Shown one piece after another: positions 13,428-27,010 of a stretch of 64,000 nt of DNA (positions are counted from its first letter, which is position 1; each line of letters begins with the position of its first letter). The DNA is from Chrysomallon squamiferum (taxonomy: Eukaryota > Animalia > Mollusca). The notes beneath the pieces were generated by a model that was not told the origin of the DNA, did not search any database, and saw only the letters and a program-made list of their open reading frames with translations. The stretch covers positions 41,416,001 to 41,480,000 of the forward strand of contig CM022670.1 of assembly GCA_012295275.1 (NCBI GenBank), written 5' to 3'. Both the position numbers and the translations under genes were made by a program.

Positions 13428-13604
13428 TTTAAGAATATCTGGCAGTGCCCTATGCAGGCTGGATCCTTTCACTGCACCAAACATCTGATTGACCATCTCC
13501 TGTCTGTCCTTGATGAACTCACCAATCGCCTTCACCACCTTGCTGAGGTCAAGGTCAGGGTTATCTTCATCTGCTGTAGAATTACTTGACCTTTTCTTCA
13601 TCGC
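13428..13604 (-). CDS. CAAP1: CAAP1-like protein, coding exon 3 (conserved CAAP1 domain, 59 aa, phase 0/0)
   Basis: Minus strand: acceptor ttttctttcAG|GCG at 13605/13604 and donor AAA|GTGAGT at 13428/13427; 177 nt encoding AMKKRSSNSTADEDNPDLDLSKVVKAIGEFIKDRQEMVNQMFGAVKGSSLHRALPDILK. This aligns by eye with human CAAP1 as I recall it (GLDLTVSLKPVSFYISDKKEMLQQCFCIIGEKKLQKMLPDVLK): LDL, I.D..EM..Q.F, L...LPD.LK. Confidence 0.9.
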
Positions 13605-14746
13605 CTGAAAGAAAATGTTAAAAAGGATATTATGTTTTTCTAATTCCATGTTGGAATAGCGTATCTGTATTTCAACATTTGCTTTATCAAAACTGGTGTT
13701 TTAATTTTTTGGGTGTTCTATCAATCAACAAGATAGCAATACAACAAGGGACATAACTAAAGCTTGGGAGATAACTTTCATGGTCAAGTATACACCAAAT
13801 GATTACAAAATCATTAATCCGATGTAATTCCAATTTAATTTATGAAAAATCAGAAACAAATTACTAACATATCTACAAAATTTATAACCTTAATAACTTT
13901 GTACCATCTTCATTTTACTGCTGCCAAAATAGTTCAAAATAGTTTAAAATGTTGTTTCATATAATTTTTTTATTTCTGTTTGTTATTATTCATTTTCAAT
14001 ATTTCTTTATTTTTAAATTATTCTATTTTTATTTTTATTTATTTATTAATTTAATTTTTTATGTTAAGTATTACTATAATAATAATAATATTAATAACTA
14101 TTATTATTATAATTTTGTTTGATCTTTTAAAATCTTTAAGATGCTGCACTTAAAAAGGACACACAATTGGGTGGGCTGTAATTGTTTGACATGAACAAAT
14201 GAGTGAAACGGTGGATGCCAGGAAAAGTGATGCTGTGAAAATGTAACTATGAGTTAGTGTTCTGTGAGTCTGTCAAACAATATGCAGTTCTCCACACACA
14301 GGGAATTCTGTCCTTGTTGTTGAAATCTCCAGGAGCTGATTATTAACAGATGCTTGCTAACTTGCTGCTATTTTTTTGTTTGGAGACTACAAAGATATTG
14401 GGAAACAGCAGCATTTTTTGACATTTATTCCCTTCAATGCCAATTGTTGCTGATGATTCTTTCCAAGTTCATAATCTGGAGCTAAACTCTGTGGGGTGGT
14501 GGGGAAGTGCAGGACAGGGAAGGGAGAGGAATGAAGAAAAGAGTAAATTCAAACAAGAGAGGGCAGAAAGAGAGAATTAAGACTGTTTATAATGAATGTT
14601 TTAAGTCTTTTTTTGTTTGTAATGGGATGAATTAATTAGTTTAAAAAGGTTTAATGGTACAAGTTAATGTTAATTTGATATTAAGTGTTAAATTTGAAAT
14701 ATGAGCCATTATTCCCTGGGCTAATCTTATTTCATTAGCAGTTATG

Positions 14747-15225
14747 AAAACAGCTGATAAGATAGGTATCTTTTATAACTGAAAACATAACACAGACAGG
14801 TTTTTAAAGCTACAAAAACAGCTGATAAGATAGGTATCTTTTATAACTGAAAACATAACACAGACAGGTTTTTAAAGCTACAAAAACAGCTGATAAGATA
14901 GGTATCTTTTATAACTGAAAACATAACACAGACAGGTTTTTAAAGCTACAAAAACAGTTGATAAGATAACTGAAAACATAACACAGACAGGGTTTTAGGT
15001 AAGATATCTTTTATAACTGAAAACATAACACAGAAAAAGCATTGATAAGATAGGTATCTTTTATAACTGAAAACATAACACAGACAGGTTTTTAAAGCTA
15101 CAAAAACAGTTAATAACTGAAAACATAACACAGACAGGTTTTTAAAGCTACAAAAACAGCTAATAAGATAGGTATCTTTTATAACTGAAAACATAACACA
15201 GAATGGTTTTAAAACTATGAAAAAA
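14747..15225. repeat. 68-bp minisatellite (AAAACAGCTGATAAGATAGGTATCTTTTATAACTGAAAACATAACACAGACAGGTTTTTAAAGCTACA)
   Basis: CAGCTG at 14751, 14819 and 14887; later copies carry internal deletions. Confidence 0.95.
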
Positions 15226-17024
15226 AGGTAATACAGATACATATCTTTTGTAACTATGAAAATATATAACAGTCAGATACACAAACATTACTTATGTGGA
15301 ATATTTGTAAGTTAACAACAGAAGTATTCTCTTTACTGATTTATGTGTTTGTTTATCTGTTTCACAAACAAAATTTATTTTTCTCATTGTGTTTCAGTGG
15401 CTGTTAAATACTGAATTTTATTGTATATTAGTGTTTACCATGTTTTTAACATCTGTTACATTTTCGCCTGAAGGCAGTCCCATTTATATATAATTTTTTT
15501 TTTAATTTGACATCAATAATTTTAATATCTGCACAAACAATTTATCCCTGCAAGCTGTCTGTAGGTGATGTTGTAGATGTTATTTTAAATGATGTACCTG
15601 TGGTGCTGAGAATGAATACCTCATTTATACTTCAGCTCATTATTTTATTTACAAAATTTACCTCGGAAAAAGACTAATTAAATTTGGAATATTTCAAAAT
15701 AAATGCTTTATTGTTTCTGTATGCTAGTTTTTGCTGATAATTAAGTATAATAATGATAATGATGACAACAACAACGATGATGATGATGATAATAATATTA
15801 ATGTCTGCTGTTATTTTCCTTTCTTTTCTGTCAGCTCATCAAGTGATGTGAACTTGTGACATGAACATCCGTTTAACACTTATTTAAAAACGAATAAAAT
15901 CCATCACTGCAATTATTCTGTTATTAATTTAAATCTACTTTAAAATCTTTTTATGTAATTGTGTTTCTCTTTCAAAATGATAAAATCAATAGGCAATAAA
16001 AATTCAGTCATTTGTAGAAGGGGTTGTTAAATAACTTATAAATGTCTCTGCTCATACATAATTCATTAAGCAGATTTGTCAAACTGGGTAATACTATGTG
16101 GTGCTATGAGGAAATTTCATACGTGGCAAAGAAAAAACGTGTTACAGAAAACATGAATGGCAGTTATCTAACAGTGAGCTTTCTGGGTTCATTCAAGTTT
16201 TATTAAGATGTACTAGTACCCTCATATATATACACACATGTATACACAACAAACACCACACACACAAACACACACACACACACACACATGCATAAACACA
16301 CAAAAAGTGCACATGCATACATATACATACATACACATAAACGTTGCATGCTTTAATACACTCAGTAATTTGGTACACTCTCAAATGGACAAATTTGTAT
16401 ATGTTTATGTTTCTCTGTGTGTGTGCATGTGGTATGTGTATGAATGTATGATTTTATGATGCTTATTAAACTGAAGGAAAAGAAATAAAATACTGATGTA
16501 TTGGAAGATTTTGTTCACCTAAAAACATCCAAACATGACGAGTCTTTTTCCAAAGTGTCTTTTTCATTAAAGTTAACAGTAAAAAAAGAAAAGAGGAAAC
16601 ACTGGATGAGCAGTAAATCAGAGAGCTGTGTTTTTGATTTTTAATGACTCCAACTACACAGATCTAGGTGATAGAAGTAACGTAAAGAATATGACCAACA
16701 TAAAGAATATGTTTGTGAGAAATATCTTCTCCAGAATATGTCATGTTCTCGTTTCACATCTCTACACAAAAATATCATAAAAATCTTTTTACATCTTTAC
16801 TTCAAAAACTTTATTGGCTCAACAATTGCTGCATTTGCCAGATGCATGAAAGAGTCTTAAGCCGAGACTGGAGTATGAACTTTATTGCTTGTTTTTACTG
16901 ATGTCAGGTGCTGTTGGTAAATGAGAAAACTTAGTATCGATATTATCTACATGAACTAACACCTGTCTGTTTGATATCTTTCTTATTTCTTGAATACCAT
17001 CTTCATAACTGTTTTAGAATACCT

Positions 17025-17320
17025 GTATGAGATACAGCAGACTGAAGGATCAATTCTTAATGGGTATCAGTTTAGCTTATTTCCTTTTTTTAGTCTTAAC
17101 AGCTGAGTATTATTATTCAGTTAATGGGTTAGTGGTTCAAACACATCAATGAGATACAATAGACTGTAGGATCAACCCTGCATGGGACCACTTTTGCATA
17201 TTACCTTCTTTCAGCCTTCACACTTAACTGCTGCTTAACTTTCCCCTGTTTATGGGAAGGTATGTATAAAAGATACCCTGCTGCTAACTGATAAGAGAAC
17301 TACATGAAGAACTGTCAACA
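17025..17320 (+). mobile_element. Decayed SINE copy, same family as 12325-12612, with partial duplication of the 5' part
   Basis: CCTGTTTATGGGAAGGTATGTATAAAAGATACCCTGCTGCTAACTGATAAGAG matches the 12.4-kb copy; ATGAGATACA..AGACTG.AGGATCAA occurs twice (about 17027 and 17149). Confidence 0.65.
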
Positions 17321-17809
17321 CAGAGTTGTAAGAAAATAATTTGATACTTAATGTAAGTGTAGTAACTTGATGATGTCAGTGTTGTGGGGAATTCAGCACA
17401 CATATTTAAACATAGAGGTTGTGAATGGCAGGTGAGATTTAAAACAATGTCACTGGTAGGGTAAGGTGGTGTAGCAGTGATTCATTCTGGAGACAGCACA
17501 TTTGAGGATAATAACGAATTAAAACACAATGACTTAATAACATCAGCGAGCAGCTGACAAACCTGTGAAAAGAGCGGTACAAAGATACACTGTTTGTGTG
17601 TTATTTATGTGCCACTCTCAGTACTCAAGTCACTTGATAGTTATCTGGCACTGTCCCATCCACGTCTAATTAGACAACTTACAACCAACTGACATCTCAT
17701 GCTGACTCGCTCAACAAGCAGGTTAAACAACGATGTTATCCACATGTACGATGTCTGCATGTTTAACACATGTCACATCACACTCAGCGTGGACATACGC
17801 ACTGATTGT

Positions 17810-18960
17810 TGGAAAATATCTCTCAATATTACTTGTTTAGAAAATATCTCTCAGTATTATTACTTGTTTAGAAAATATCTCTCAGTATTACTTGTTTAGA
17901 AAATATCTCAATATTATTACTTGTTTAGAAAATATCTCTCAGTATTACTTGTTTAGAAAATATCTCTCAGTATTATTACTTGTTTAGAAAATATCTCAAT
18001 ATTATTACTTGTTTAGTTTCTCAGAAAAGAAAATATCTCTCAGTATTACTTGTTTTTAGAAAATATCTCTCAATATTACTTGTTTAGAAAATATCTCTCA
18101 ATATTATTACTTGTTTAGAAAAAATCTCTCAGTATTATTACTTGTTTAGAAAATATCTCTCAGTATTACTTGTTTAGAAAATATCTCTCAGTATTATTAC
18201 TTGTTTAGAAAATATCTCAGTAGTATTACTTGTTTAGAAAATATCTCTCAGTATTACTTGGTTAGAAAATATCTCTCAGTATTACTTGTTTAGAAAATAT
18301 CTCTCAGTATTATTACTTGTTTAGAAAATATCTCTCAGTATTACTTGGTTAGGAAATATCTCTCAGTATTACTTGTTTAGAAAATATCTCTCAGTATTAT
18401 TACTTGTTTAGAAAATATCTCTCTGTTATTACTTGTTTAGAAAATATCTCTCAGTATTATTACTTGTTTAGAAAATATCTCTCAGTGTTACTTGTTTAGA
18501 AAATATCTCTCAGTATTACTTGTTTAGAAAATATCTCAATATTATTACTTGTTTAGAAAATATCTCTCAATATTATTACTTGTTCAGAAAATGCATCTCA
18601 ACAATATTACTATTTGTTTAGAAGATATATCTCAGTGTTACTGACTGTACAAAAACTATCTCTTAACTATTTAGTAAATATATCTCAACAATATTAAGAA
18701 AATACATCAAAAAATATTACAAGATGTTTAGAAAATTATATCTCAGTATTACTAGCTGTTCACAAAATATATCTTAACAAAAAACTCTCCATTTAGTAAA
18801 CAGATCTAAAAATATTGCTAGGTGTTTAGAAAATATATCTCAGTATCACAAGCTGTTCAAAAATTACATCTCAACAAAAACCACCTCTATTTAGAAAATA
18901 TATCTCAACAATATTTCTAGTCCTACATAAAAAATATTATTAGTTGTTTAGAAAATAATA
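17810..18960. repeat. 28/31-bp minisatellite TTACTTGTTTAGAAAATATCTCTCAGTA(TTA), decaying rightwards
   Basis: Near-identical copies from 17810 to 18590, then increasingly diverged copies to about 18960. Confidence 0.95.
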
Positions 18961-19539
18961 GTAGTCACAAGTATTACTAGCTGTCTAAAATAGACAGGAT
19001 GACAAAAGTTTTTTTTTAGAACCTATGACTGAACATAGCAGTCAGAAAACATCATGGGGTATAACTTGTACATTAATTATAAAGATAAAAATTTATTTAA
19101 TAATTATTGTTATTTAAATTAACTGTTACAACAGTTTAAATGAACCACCATTATAATTTATAATGGAAGGAACATTTTATATGTATGTATGTATATATTG
19201 TATATATGTATATGTGTATGCATGTCTGTCTGTCTGTGTGTGTGTGTTTGTGTGTGTGCGTGTGTAAAATGGTTACACAAGCTGATGTTATATTTATTAA
19301 CAACGTTTATGTTTGATGTCAATTTTAGATGATGTTTTTATACCTTTTATATTTTTTATCAGTTTAATACACCTTTCAGATTTTGTTATATAACATTTCT
19401 TTTTTTAAATTTTTATTTATCATATAACTTGCGTAGCAGTATTTCATATGTATATATTATATATGATATAGGTGTTATTTCATGGTATATAACGTATATA
19501 GTTGTTATACCATGGTATTCAAATGTTATGTAAGTATTA

Positions 19540-19720
19540 ATATTATGTAACTTAAGAGTTTTTACTTCTTATTATGTAACTGTTATATAGTCGTTATTTC
19601 ATATTATGTAACCATTATACAATTGTTATTTATATTATGTAACAATTATACAATGTTATTTTACATTATGTAACAGTTATACAATTGTTATTTTATAATT
19701 ATGTAACAGTTACATAGTTG
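19540..19720. repeat. Degenerate ~30-bp tandem repeat (ATTATGTAACAGTTATACAATTGTTATTT)
   Basis: ATTATGTAAC recurs about six times. Confidence 0.75.
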
Positions 19721-20544
19721 CTATTACACAATATGCAAACCTTCCACTGTTTGTGCTACGTGTTACATATCTGCTGCGTTTGACAAACATTCGTCGCAGG
19801 ATGAGATGTTTGAAATGCACTCGGCCACACTGCGTACTGCACATCTGTGCAATATTAAAATGGAAGTTAGTTGTAAAATCTGACAGAGATTTTAATGACA
19901 AAATCGATAAATTTGCTCCGACAGCAACACGGAGAAAGAACACAACACATGGCATAACAATCCCGGACTTAAATTTATTGTTCCCGCATTGATTTTATTT
20001 CAAACCTGTATATACAATATATTCAATCTACTCAACAGATGGTGTACTCAACAAACGCTAGCATGCAAATAAATCAGCCCAAAGATAATAAATGAACATT
20101 TGTTACATCTCAATACGTGTTTTTAATATTAAAGCTAAAATGATATAGGTAATAAATAACATGAACAGGATGTAAAAGTGAAGTATATTTGTCTTTTTCA
20201 AAGTGGTAAACAAATCCGTATATGAAAAATTTAATATATATCAAAAAAAAAGAAAGAGAAATGTCATTAAAAATTAATAAATTTATTTAACATTTTATTA
20301 TACTTTTTATTGCATTTTGTGTTCAATAAGTTTAAATTAAAAAAAAAAGAAAGAAGAGAGTAACAAAACATTATTACATTTATAATTAATGCATATAAAG
20401 TGACATATAGTGATAATATTTATTAGTTTCTGATCAAATTTACCAAGTTAACTTTATTTCAGCTTTTAATATTAAAACACACATTCAGATGCAACAAACA
20501 TTAATTTATTACTTTTGGACTCGCTTTCATCATTACACACAAAC

Positions 20545-20734
20545 CTTTTTGGCACTTTTTTTTAATTTCTTGTTTTTCTTTCCATCAGACGTTTTTCTGT
20601 GTTTGACCTTTGACACGTGGCTTCGTTCAGGTCTGTTGTCCACTGGTTCTTTGCTCAAACTGCCGCACTGTTCTGCACTCACATCAGACTGAGTCGAGTC
20701 AGCCACCATCTTGGCTGCAGCACTCATTGTTATA
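20545..20734 (-). CDS. CAAP1: CAAP1-like protein, coding exon 2 (Ser-rich then Lys-rich, NLS-like N-terminal region)
   Basis: Acceptor tctctgcttgtttttcAG|TATAACAATG at 20735/20734; donor AAG|GTTTGT at 20545/20544. From the ATG at 20727 it encodes 61 codons (MSAAAKMVADS...KHRKTSDGKKNKKLKKSAKK) ending in phase 0, in frame with exon 3. A basic stretch just before the domain parallels vertebrate CAAP1. Confidence 0.8.
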
Positions 20735-21032
20735 CTGAAAAACAAGCAGAGACTTTTACACTCACACACTGCACAAACACGTAACAATGCAACTCTACTG
20801 TTTATCATGACAGGCATCAACCACAGTAATTACACAAAAGTAATGACTAAGTAATCAGTGCTGCTGGAAATTTTGGTAACAATTGTCTATTCAGAAAAGA
20901 GAATAAAAATAAATAAATAAATGAAATAATAACCCATCCTGTCATTTTAAAAGTTTATACTATTTTTTTTTTTATGTTGTTTATAAGATCCTTTTAAAAC
21001 TGTACACATTAACAGAGCAGAATAAACAAAAT

Positions 21033-21084
<52 letters not shown>

Positions 21085-24000
21085 CACATAATAATTAATA
21101 AAAAGAAGAAAAAAGGGAAAAAGAAGTTGTTAATGTGAAAATGAAAGATTTAATTTTTTTAATTTTTAATTTTTGAGATGCTCTTTCTCTCTCACACACA
21201 TGACTGATTTCTTTTTTTTTTTTAATTTTCATTATGGCCATTTCTTTTTCTTTTAATAAATAAATGAAATTAAATAATAATAATAATAATAATAGTAATA
21301 ATAATAACAACAACAATAATAAAATAACATCTTGTTGTAATTAAGTGAAAATTTAACAAAGCAGGATAATAAAGTTGTGCAGTTTTAAAGCCACAAAGTG
21401 AACAGGACCATTAAGAGTGGCAGAGATCAGTAATATATCTGTTCTTCTTACCAGATTAAACATTTCTGCTTTTGTTAGTAATTCTCAATTAAAAATAAAG
21501 CAGGAAGAGATGCAGACGAGCGGATAGATTGGGAAAAAAATAAGTATTGTTGTGTGCAAGACTTGGGTTAAAAGTTGAACAACATTAAACTTATTTCACT
21601 AATGGATGTGACGACACTGTGGTGCTTATTAGTGTCAACTGTATTAACTACCTGTGTTTAACATGCTGATCAATACTGTACATGTTACATTTCTCATCAT
21701 GTGTTTGTACCAAGTTCAAGACTAATCTATAGGTAATTACATTAATTTTCTTCCCTAATTTGTGAAAACAAAAACAAATGACCAGGTAAATACGATGGGC
21801 AGTATGGTCATTTACATTAAATTTACAAATTGCGGATTTATTAAAAGCAACAACAACAGTAATATCTGGATGTCAGGCATGAATTAATTTATGAATTGGT
21901 GATACTTTTCAGTGATGCAGACTCTGATATTTATATATTTATGTGGGCTCAAATAATCTGTAAAAGTTTATAAACATTCTAAATAGCTTTTATTTCAAAT
22001 ACAAATTATAAGCTGAATAAATAAAAAAATAAAAAAAATAAAAAATGTTAAAGTTGGATATTAAAATGAAAAGAAAAGAAAACAAACTGAAATCAAAGTT
22101 GAATGAAACTTTTTATCAATTATCAAATGAAAAATAAAAATAAAATAAATTTTTAAATATTGTTGTGTTAAGTACATTAATTCATTAAAACATAACTGCT
22201 AAACAAATATATTTCATTTCCTGCCCTTTTAATTTCAGAGGACAACAGATGGAAAGAAAATAAAAATAACATTAAAAGATAAAGAGAAATATTCAGCAGT
22301 GTAAGAAAATGAAATAAATCTACAAACAGCAATAGAAAACAAACAGAAAGCTTAATAAGATAAAAGCATTTAACAAGTCTGTATTGCACACAATCCAGGC
22401 TTTCATGGTGAAAACATAGCTTCAAGCATTTTAAAGAAAATATTTTCCACAAGTTGAAAGCTAATCAAAAACTCAGGCCATTTGTATGCAGTGTTTGTGT
22501 GGCCAAACATAATTTGAACATTTTGCTCGGCACTCTTATCTTATTGCGAGAAATTCATTGATTTGCCATCAAAACTCTGGACAAATTTCAATAAATATTT
22601 GAGTATAAAAATTATCAAAGGCGATTTGCCTTAAAGCCTAACACAATCCCTTCAACACAACTGTACATAATGCAAATTTAAACGGTGGTTGCTTGGGAAC
22701 GGAAACCATCGTGAGACAGGCAGTGCAATGAAGTTTTCATACATCACTATAACATCTGACATAAACTCGGGATGACCCCCACATACCCAATCTGACATAA
22801 AGCTGATCGGACTTTACATCAATTGCATGCAGATTGTCCTGAAGAAGAAGCTACCAATATTGATATTCATAAAGCTGGACAGAGGTAGAGAGAGTCTTAA
22901 ATTCGTAACGCTATCAATCAAACACTGCCCATCCAATGTAAACCCCATTGATTCCGTTTCATTCTTAATCTCTGTCTCATCTTCATTCTTTTTTTTTCTT
23001 TTGTTTTTTTCACTTGTATTTCTTTTTTTCTTTTTTCTGAATGGTTTTTAAAAATTCAATCAGCTTAATTGTATTACACTTTTTACAACAGTTTTATCAG
23101 ACAACCATCAAGTGCTTTGCAGTCAATGAGAGTTCGAAAAAAAGAAACGAAAAAAAGAAACGGAAAAAAAGAATAATGAAATTTAGAATCTATTTATTCT
23201 CTGCCTTACTTCTTTACAGAAAAAATAACTTTTTTGTGTTGTTGTAATTAATATGATACAAAGGATTCGTCTATTATCAAGTTGTGGTTATGAAATGAAG
23301 CGTAAAGGTTACACGCTTGACTGATTTCAGAATTTCATATTTCATTTTTATTCTCAGTTCCATCTTTTAACTTGAGTATTGAATTTCAGGTTTAGTTTTT
23401 ATATCATCCATTCAATTAATGATGTGACTTAAACATTTTGTAATTTAATATTTTACAGGAACCAAAAAATATGCTGTTAGCTGAGGGTTGTTTTTTTCAT
23501 AATGTTGTTTGCATGGGAATGGTTATTACTGTTGGGAAATCTAATTGATCATTACAAAACCATATTTCTTTTACTGAGGCTTTCAACTAAATAAATAATA
23601 ATTATAATTTATTAGTTAATTAAATGGGATAAGAAATATATTAACTGATTAGCTGGGCTTTATTTTTTCCTATCGTACCTAAGCCAGTGTTGTTGTGGTG
23701 TTTTTGTTTTGTTTTTCTGTCTCTGTCCAATATGCAACTAGCAGGCTTATTAAAGAATAATGTACGAGTAGGTATTTAAAATAACTCTGCGATAAACTAC
23801 AGTATTACTGGTCATTAATTAATGTGATACGAGAAGACACCACCACTGCCTTTCCATCTATTTATTATTTCAGATCCAATCTTTTGTCATGTACACCTTA
23901 ACAGACAGCAAGGCACATCCCTTGGGGATGCATCATTATCATTTAAAATAAAAAAAATAAAAAATAATATATATATTACAGTATTAATCTTTTAACTCTA

Positions 24001-25254
24001 TAAAGTTTAATACACTATAAAAATATTAAGAAAAGTTATTTTACTTCGCTTTCACTCCCACACAACAATTCTGCAATTGCAGTCTATTTAAAAAAAAAAA
24101 AAAAAAAGAGGCACCAATGAATAAATAAAACATTAAGTCAGTGTAACTACAAATAACATGTAAAATTAATTCTGCTCTCCAAGAAAAAAATGTCATAAAA
24201 AAAGGAGTCAGTATGACAACTGTGGGGGGCATGCTGTAGTTACCTGGGAGAGGTTGTAAACTACATATCTGTTTTTATTTGTCAGGTGTGAAGTCTTACC
24301 TGTACTACAACTGACTGGCTACACAGGTAAGATAACAAGTTTAAAGTAACAAAACAAATACTCAACAGAAAAATGAACAGATGAATGAAGATATCTCTTC
24401 CGCTAATAAATGTGCTGTACTCTGATATACAGAAAATATGAATGAAATGAAAATAAAAATCATCTGGTATTTTTTTTTTTTTTTTTTTTTAATGTATGTT
24501 AATCTTAAAATAAGATAAAAATAATTTTTTTACAAAATGTGACACTCACATTATTTGGTGTCTACAGAAATATGTTACTATTGTTTGTAAAAGTTATTAT
24601 AGTATTTGTTTTACAATAAAATTTAATGACGGTCAATAACATTCCTTTTCACAAAAATAATTTTCCACTTCCATTTTTTTTTTATATAAATAAATATCTA
24701 AATATTTAAACAGAGAAAAAAAAAAAGTCCATTTCCATTTTGTTTTTTATATAAATATTGAGACATTTAAAAAGTAAAAATAAAAAGTAATAATATAAAA
24801 TAAAAACTATTAAACTTTATTGCTGACTAATAAGTGTGACAACTAAAAATAAATTTCCGTCTTGTCTGTCCGTCTGACATTTCCATCCATTTCACTTTTG
24901 ATAATTGTCAGTTGTCTTTGACAATTAGATTTATTGATGTCGGAGAATTTCTCCTGTGTTAGTGTGCATTAGCTGTGTCTGGATAGCACTACACACAAAA
25001 CAAACATCTACTGTTTTATTCATTACAGCTGAATGAACTTAATACACTTCAGTGAATGAGTAGTCTACAACAACAACAACAACAACAACAACAAAAACTA
25101 TATTATTTTGAAAAATGAAAATTACAAATAAAGATACAAAGAAGATAAAAACAAGGCCACTCAGTGAAAATAAGTAGCAGTAACAAATAGTTTAATGAAC
25201 CTACCCATAGATGGTAAAACACAAATGAAAGGCTTTAATAAAACCAACTGAAGA

Positions 25255-25350
25255 ATATCAGCTGGAATGGAATAACACAGTAGCTGTCCTAAAGAGGACT
25301 AATCCTGGTATTTCTTATATCTCAAGCATTGCTCTTGTGGCTATAGCAAA
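25255..25350 (-). mobile_element. SINE 5' fragment, same family
   Basis: Similar to the right part of the 58.4-kb minus copy (CTGGAA..GAAT.....GAGGACTAATCCT...CAAGC..TGCTCT..TGGCTA). Confidence 0.35.
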
Positions 25351-26777
25351 ATACAACAAATAAATAAAATAAAATAAAATAAAACAAAATAAAATAAAAT
25401 AAAATAAAATAAAATAAAATAAAATAAATTCCAACATATTTTTATTTTTAAAAAAAAGAATAATAAAAAATTTAGTCCAGTTTTGGTAATATTTTTACTT
25501 TTAATTAAATTTATATTTATTTATTAATTTTTTTTCCCTTTCCATCGGTCGAGACATGGTAATTAAGGTTGTTTTCACTTTTTTGACAGACAGACGGAAT
25601 AATTAGAAGTATTATATTGCAGATCGATAAACTTAGCTGCACATTTAATCCAGTCAATAGCAGATATTTAAAGACATTTAATTTCTTTCTTTCTTCTTCT
25701 TCTTTTTTTTTTTTTTATCTTTAATACCAGGTTGACACAGACTGCTAAATTGTGATGATGTTGTATACAGGTGAGGTTTAGTCTGGACTCAGAATTACGG
25801 TGGAAAATAAAGAAGTAAAAGGATTTTAGCAAAAATCAGTTACATTTTTTTTTTCTATTTATTTATTTGTTATTATTGTGGTTGTGGTTGTTGTTACTGT
25901 TGTTGTTGTGGTTGTTATGGTTGTTGTTACTATTATTGTTGTTGTTGCTGTTATAATTTTAGTCATCTATGTTGGAGTTTTTGTGGATGGGGAAGATTGG
26001 TGAATCTTCTTTGTTTTCTTATGTAAATGAAAAAAATCTAAAATCATAGATTTGTCAATAATAATCTTTTATCAGATAATTAAGATTATTCTACTGCTTC
26101 AGCGAAAATAAATAAAACAACAATATATAATTAAGTAATAAACTGTACACAAGCTTACGTAAAAATACAAACAAGCAGAAATGCACAAATAAACATATAA
26201 ACATACATTTAAACACGCAAGCACACACACATTTAGATTTGTAAATCACCGGAAACCAGTTAAACTGTAAGACATGAATCACCCTGTTACCATAACAAAC
26301 ACAAATTCATTAAGCATTTAACTTTTTACTATAATTTTATGGATTTGTTTTTGTACGAGTGTTCTGTGTTGTTTGCTGGGCTGACAGTTTTAAGAGTACT
26401 AAATCAAAGCATTAAATGTGAACAGTGTCAGTGTGAATTGGTCAAACTTTGTTCTCTAGTTAAATTAATGTAATGTACTGTCATCACGTTCATTTAAACT
26501 ACTGACTTCCATCCACAAAGTTATTCTGAAGTAAAATCATTAGCAACATAATATGTCTTTAAAACGGTTTTAAAAATGATTTAATTTCAAGTCCTGTTGC
26601 AAAGATTTTTAACAATAGTTATAGATAACAGGTTTCAAATGCTGATAAATTATATTTAAAAACTAAACACCATAACCTATAAAAATATTTTAGAAAATGA
26701 GTGATGACTTAAAATATGTTGTAGAAGGAAATGATTAAAAGTGTTATAGAAACAGAGAATGAAGTGTAATTTTGCCT

Positions 26778-27010
26778 TCCAAATGAATCATCTTGAAAAC
26801 TCTTTATGCGTACAAGTTATTTTATTTAAATAACCTACGATCACTAACAACAAAATATGACAACTACAGAAAAGTGTAGATGCCAAGATATTTTAATCTG
26901 TACATCCAAATGAATCATCTGAAAATTCTTTGTTCTTTCAAGTCATTTTATTTAAATGACTTACAATCACTAGTAAAAAAAATATGACAACTATAGAACA
27001 GTGTAGATGT
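26778..27010. repeat. Diverged tandem duplication (~127-bp period)
   Basis: TCCAAATGAATCATCT...TTTTATTTAAAT...ATCACTA...AATATGACAACTA.AGAA.AGTGTAGATG present at 26778 and 26905. Confidence 0.85.

Larger units (their letters stand above)
13605..20544 (-). other. Intron 2 of CAAP1-like gene (6,940 bp, GT-AG, phase 0)
   Basis: GTTTGT donor and polypyrimidine-CAG acceptor; flanking exons are frame-compatible. Confidence 0.75.

Noticed and set aside
13383-13589. Plus-strand 68-aa ORF
   Set aside because: Antisense shadow of CAAP1 exon 3; likewise 20489-20692 shadows exon 2.
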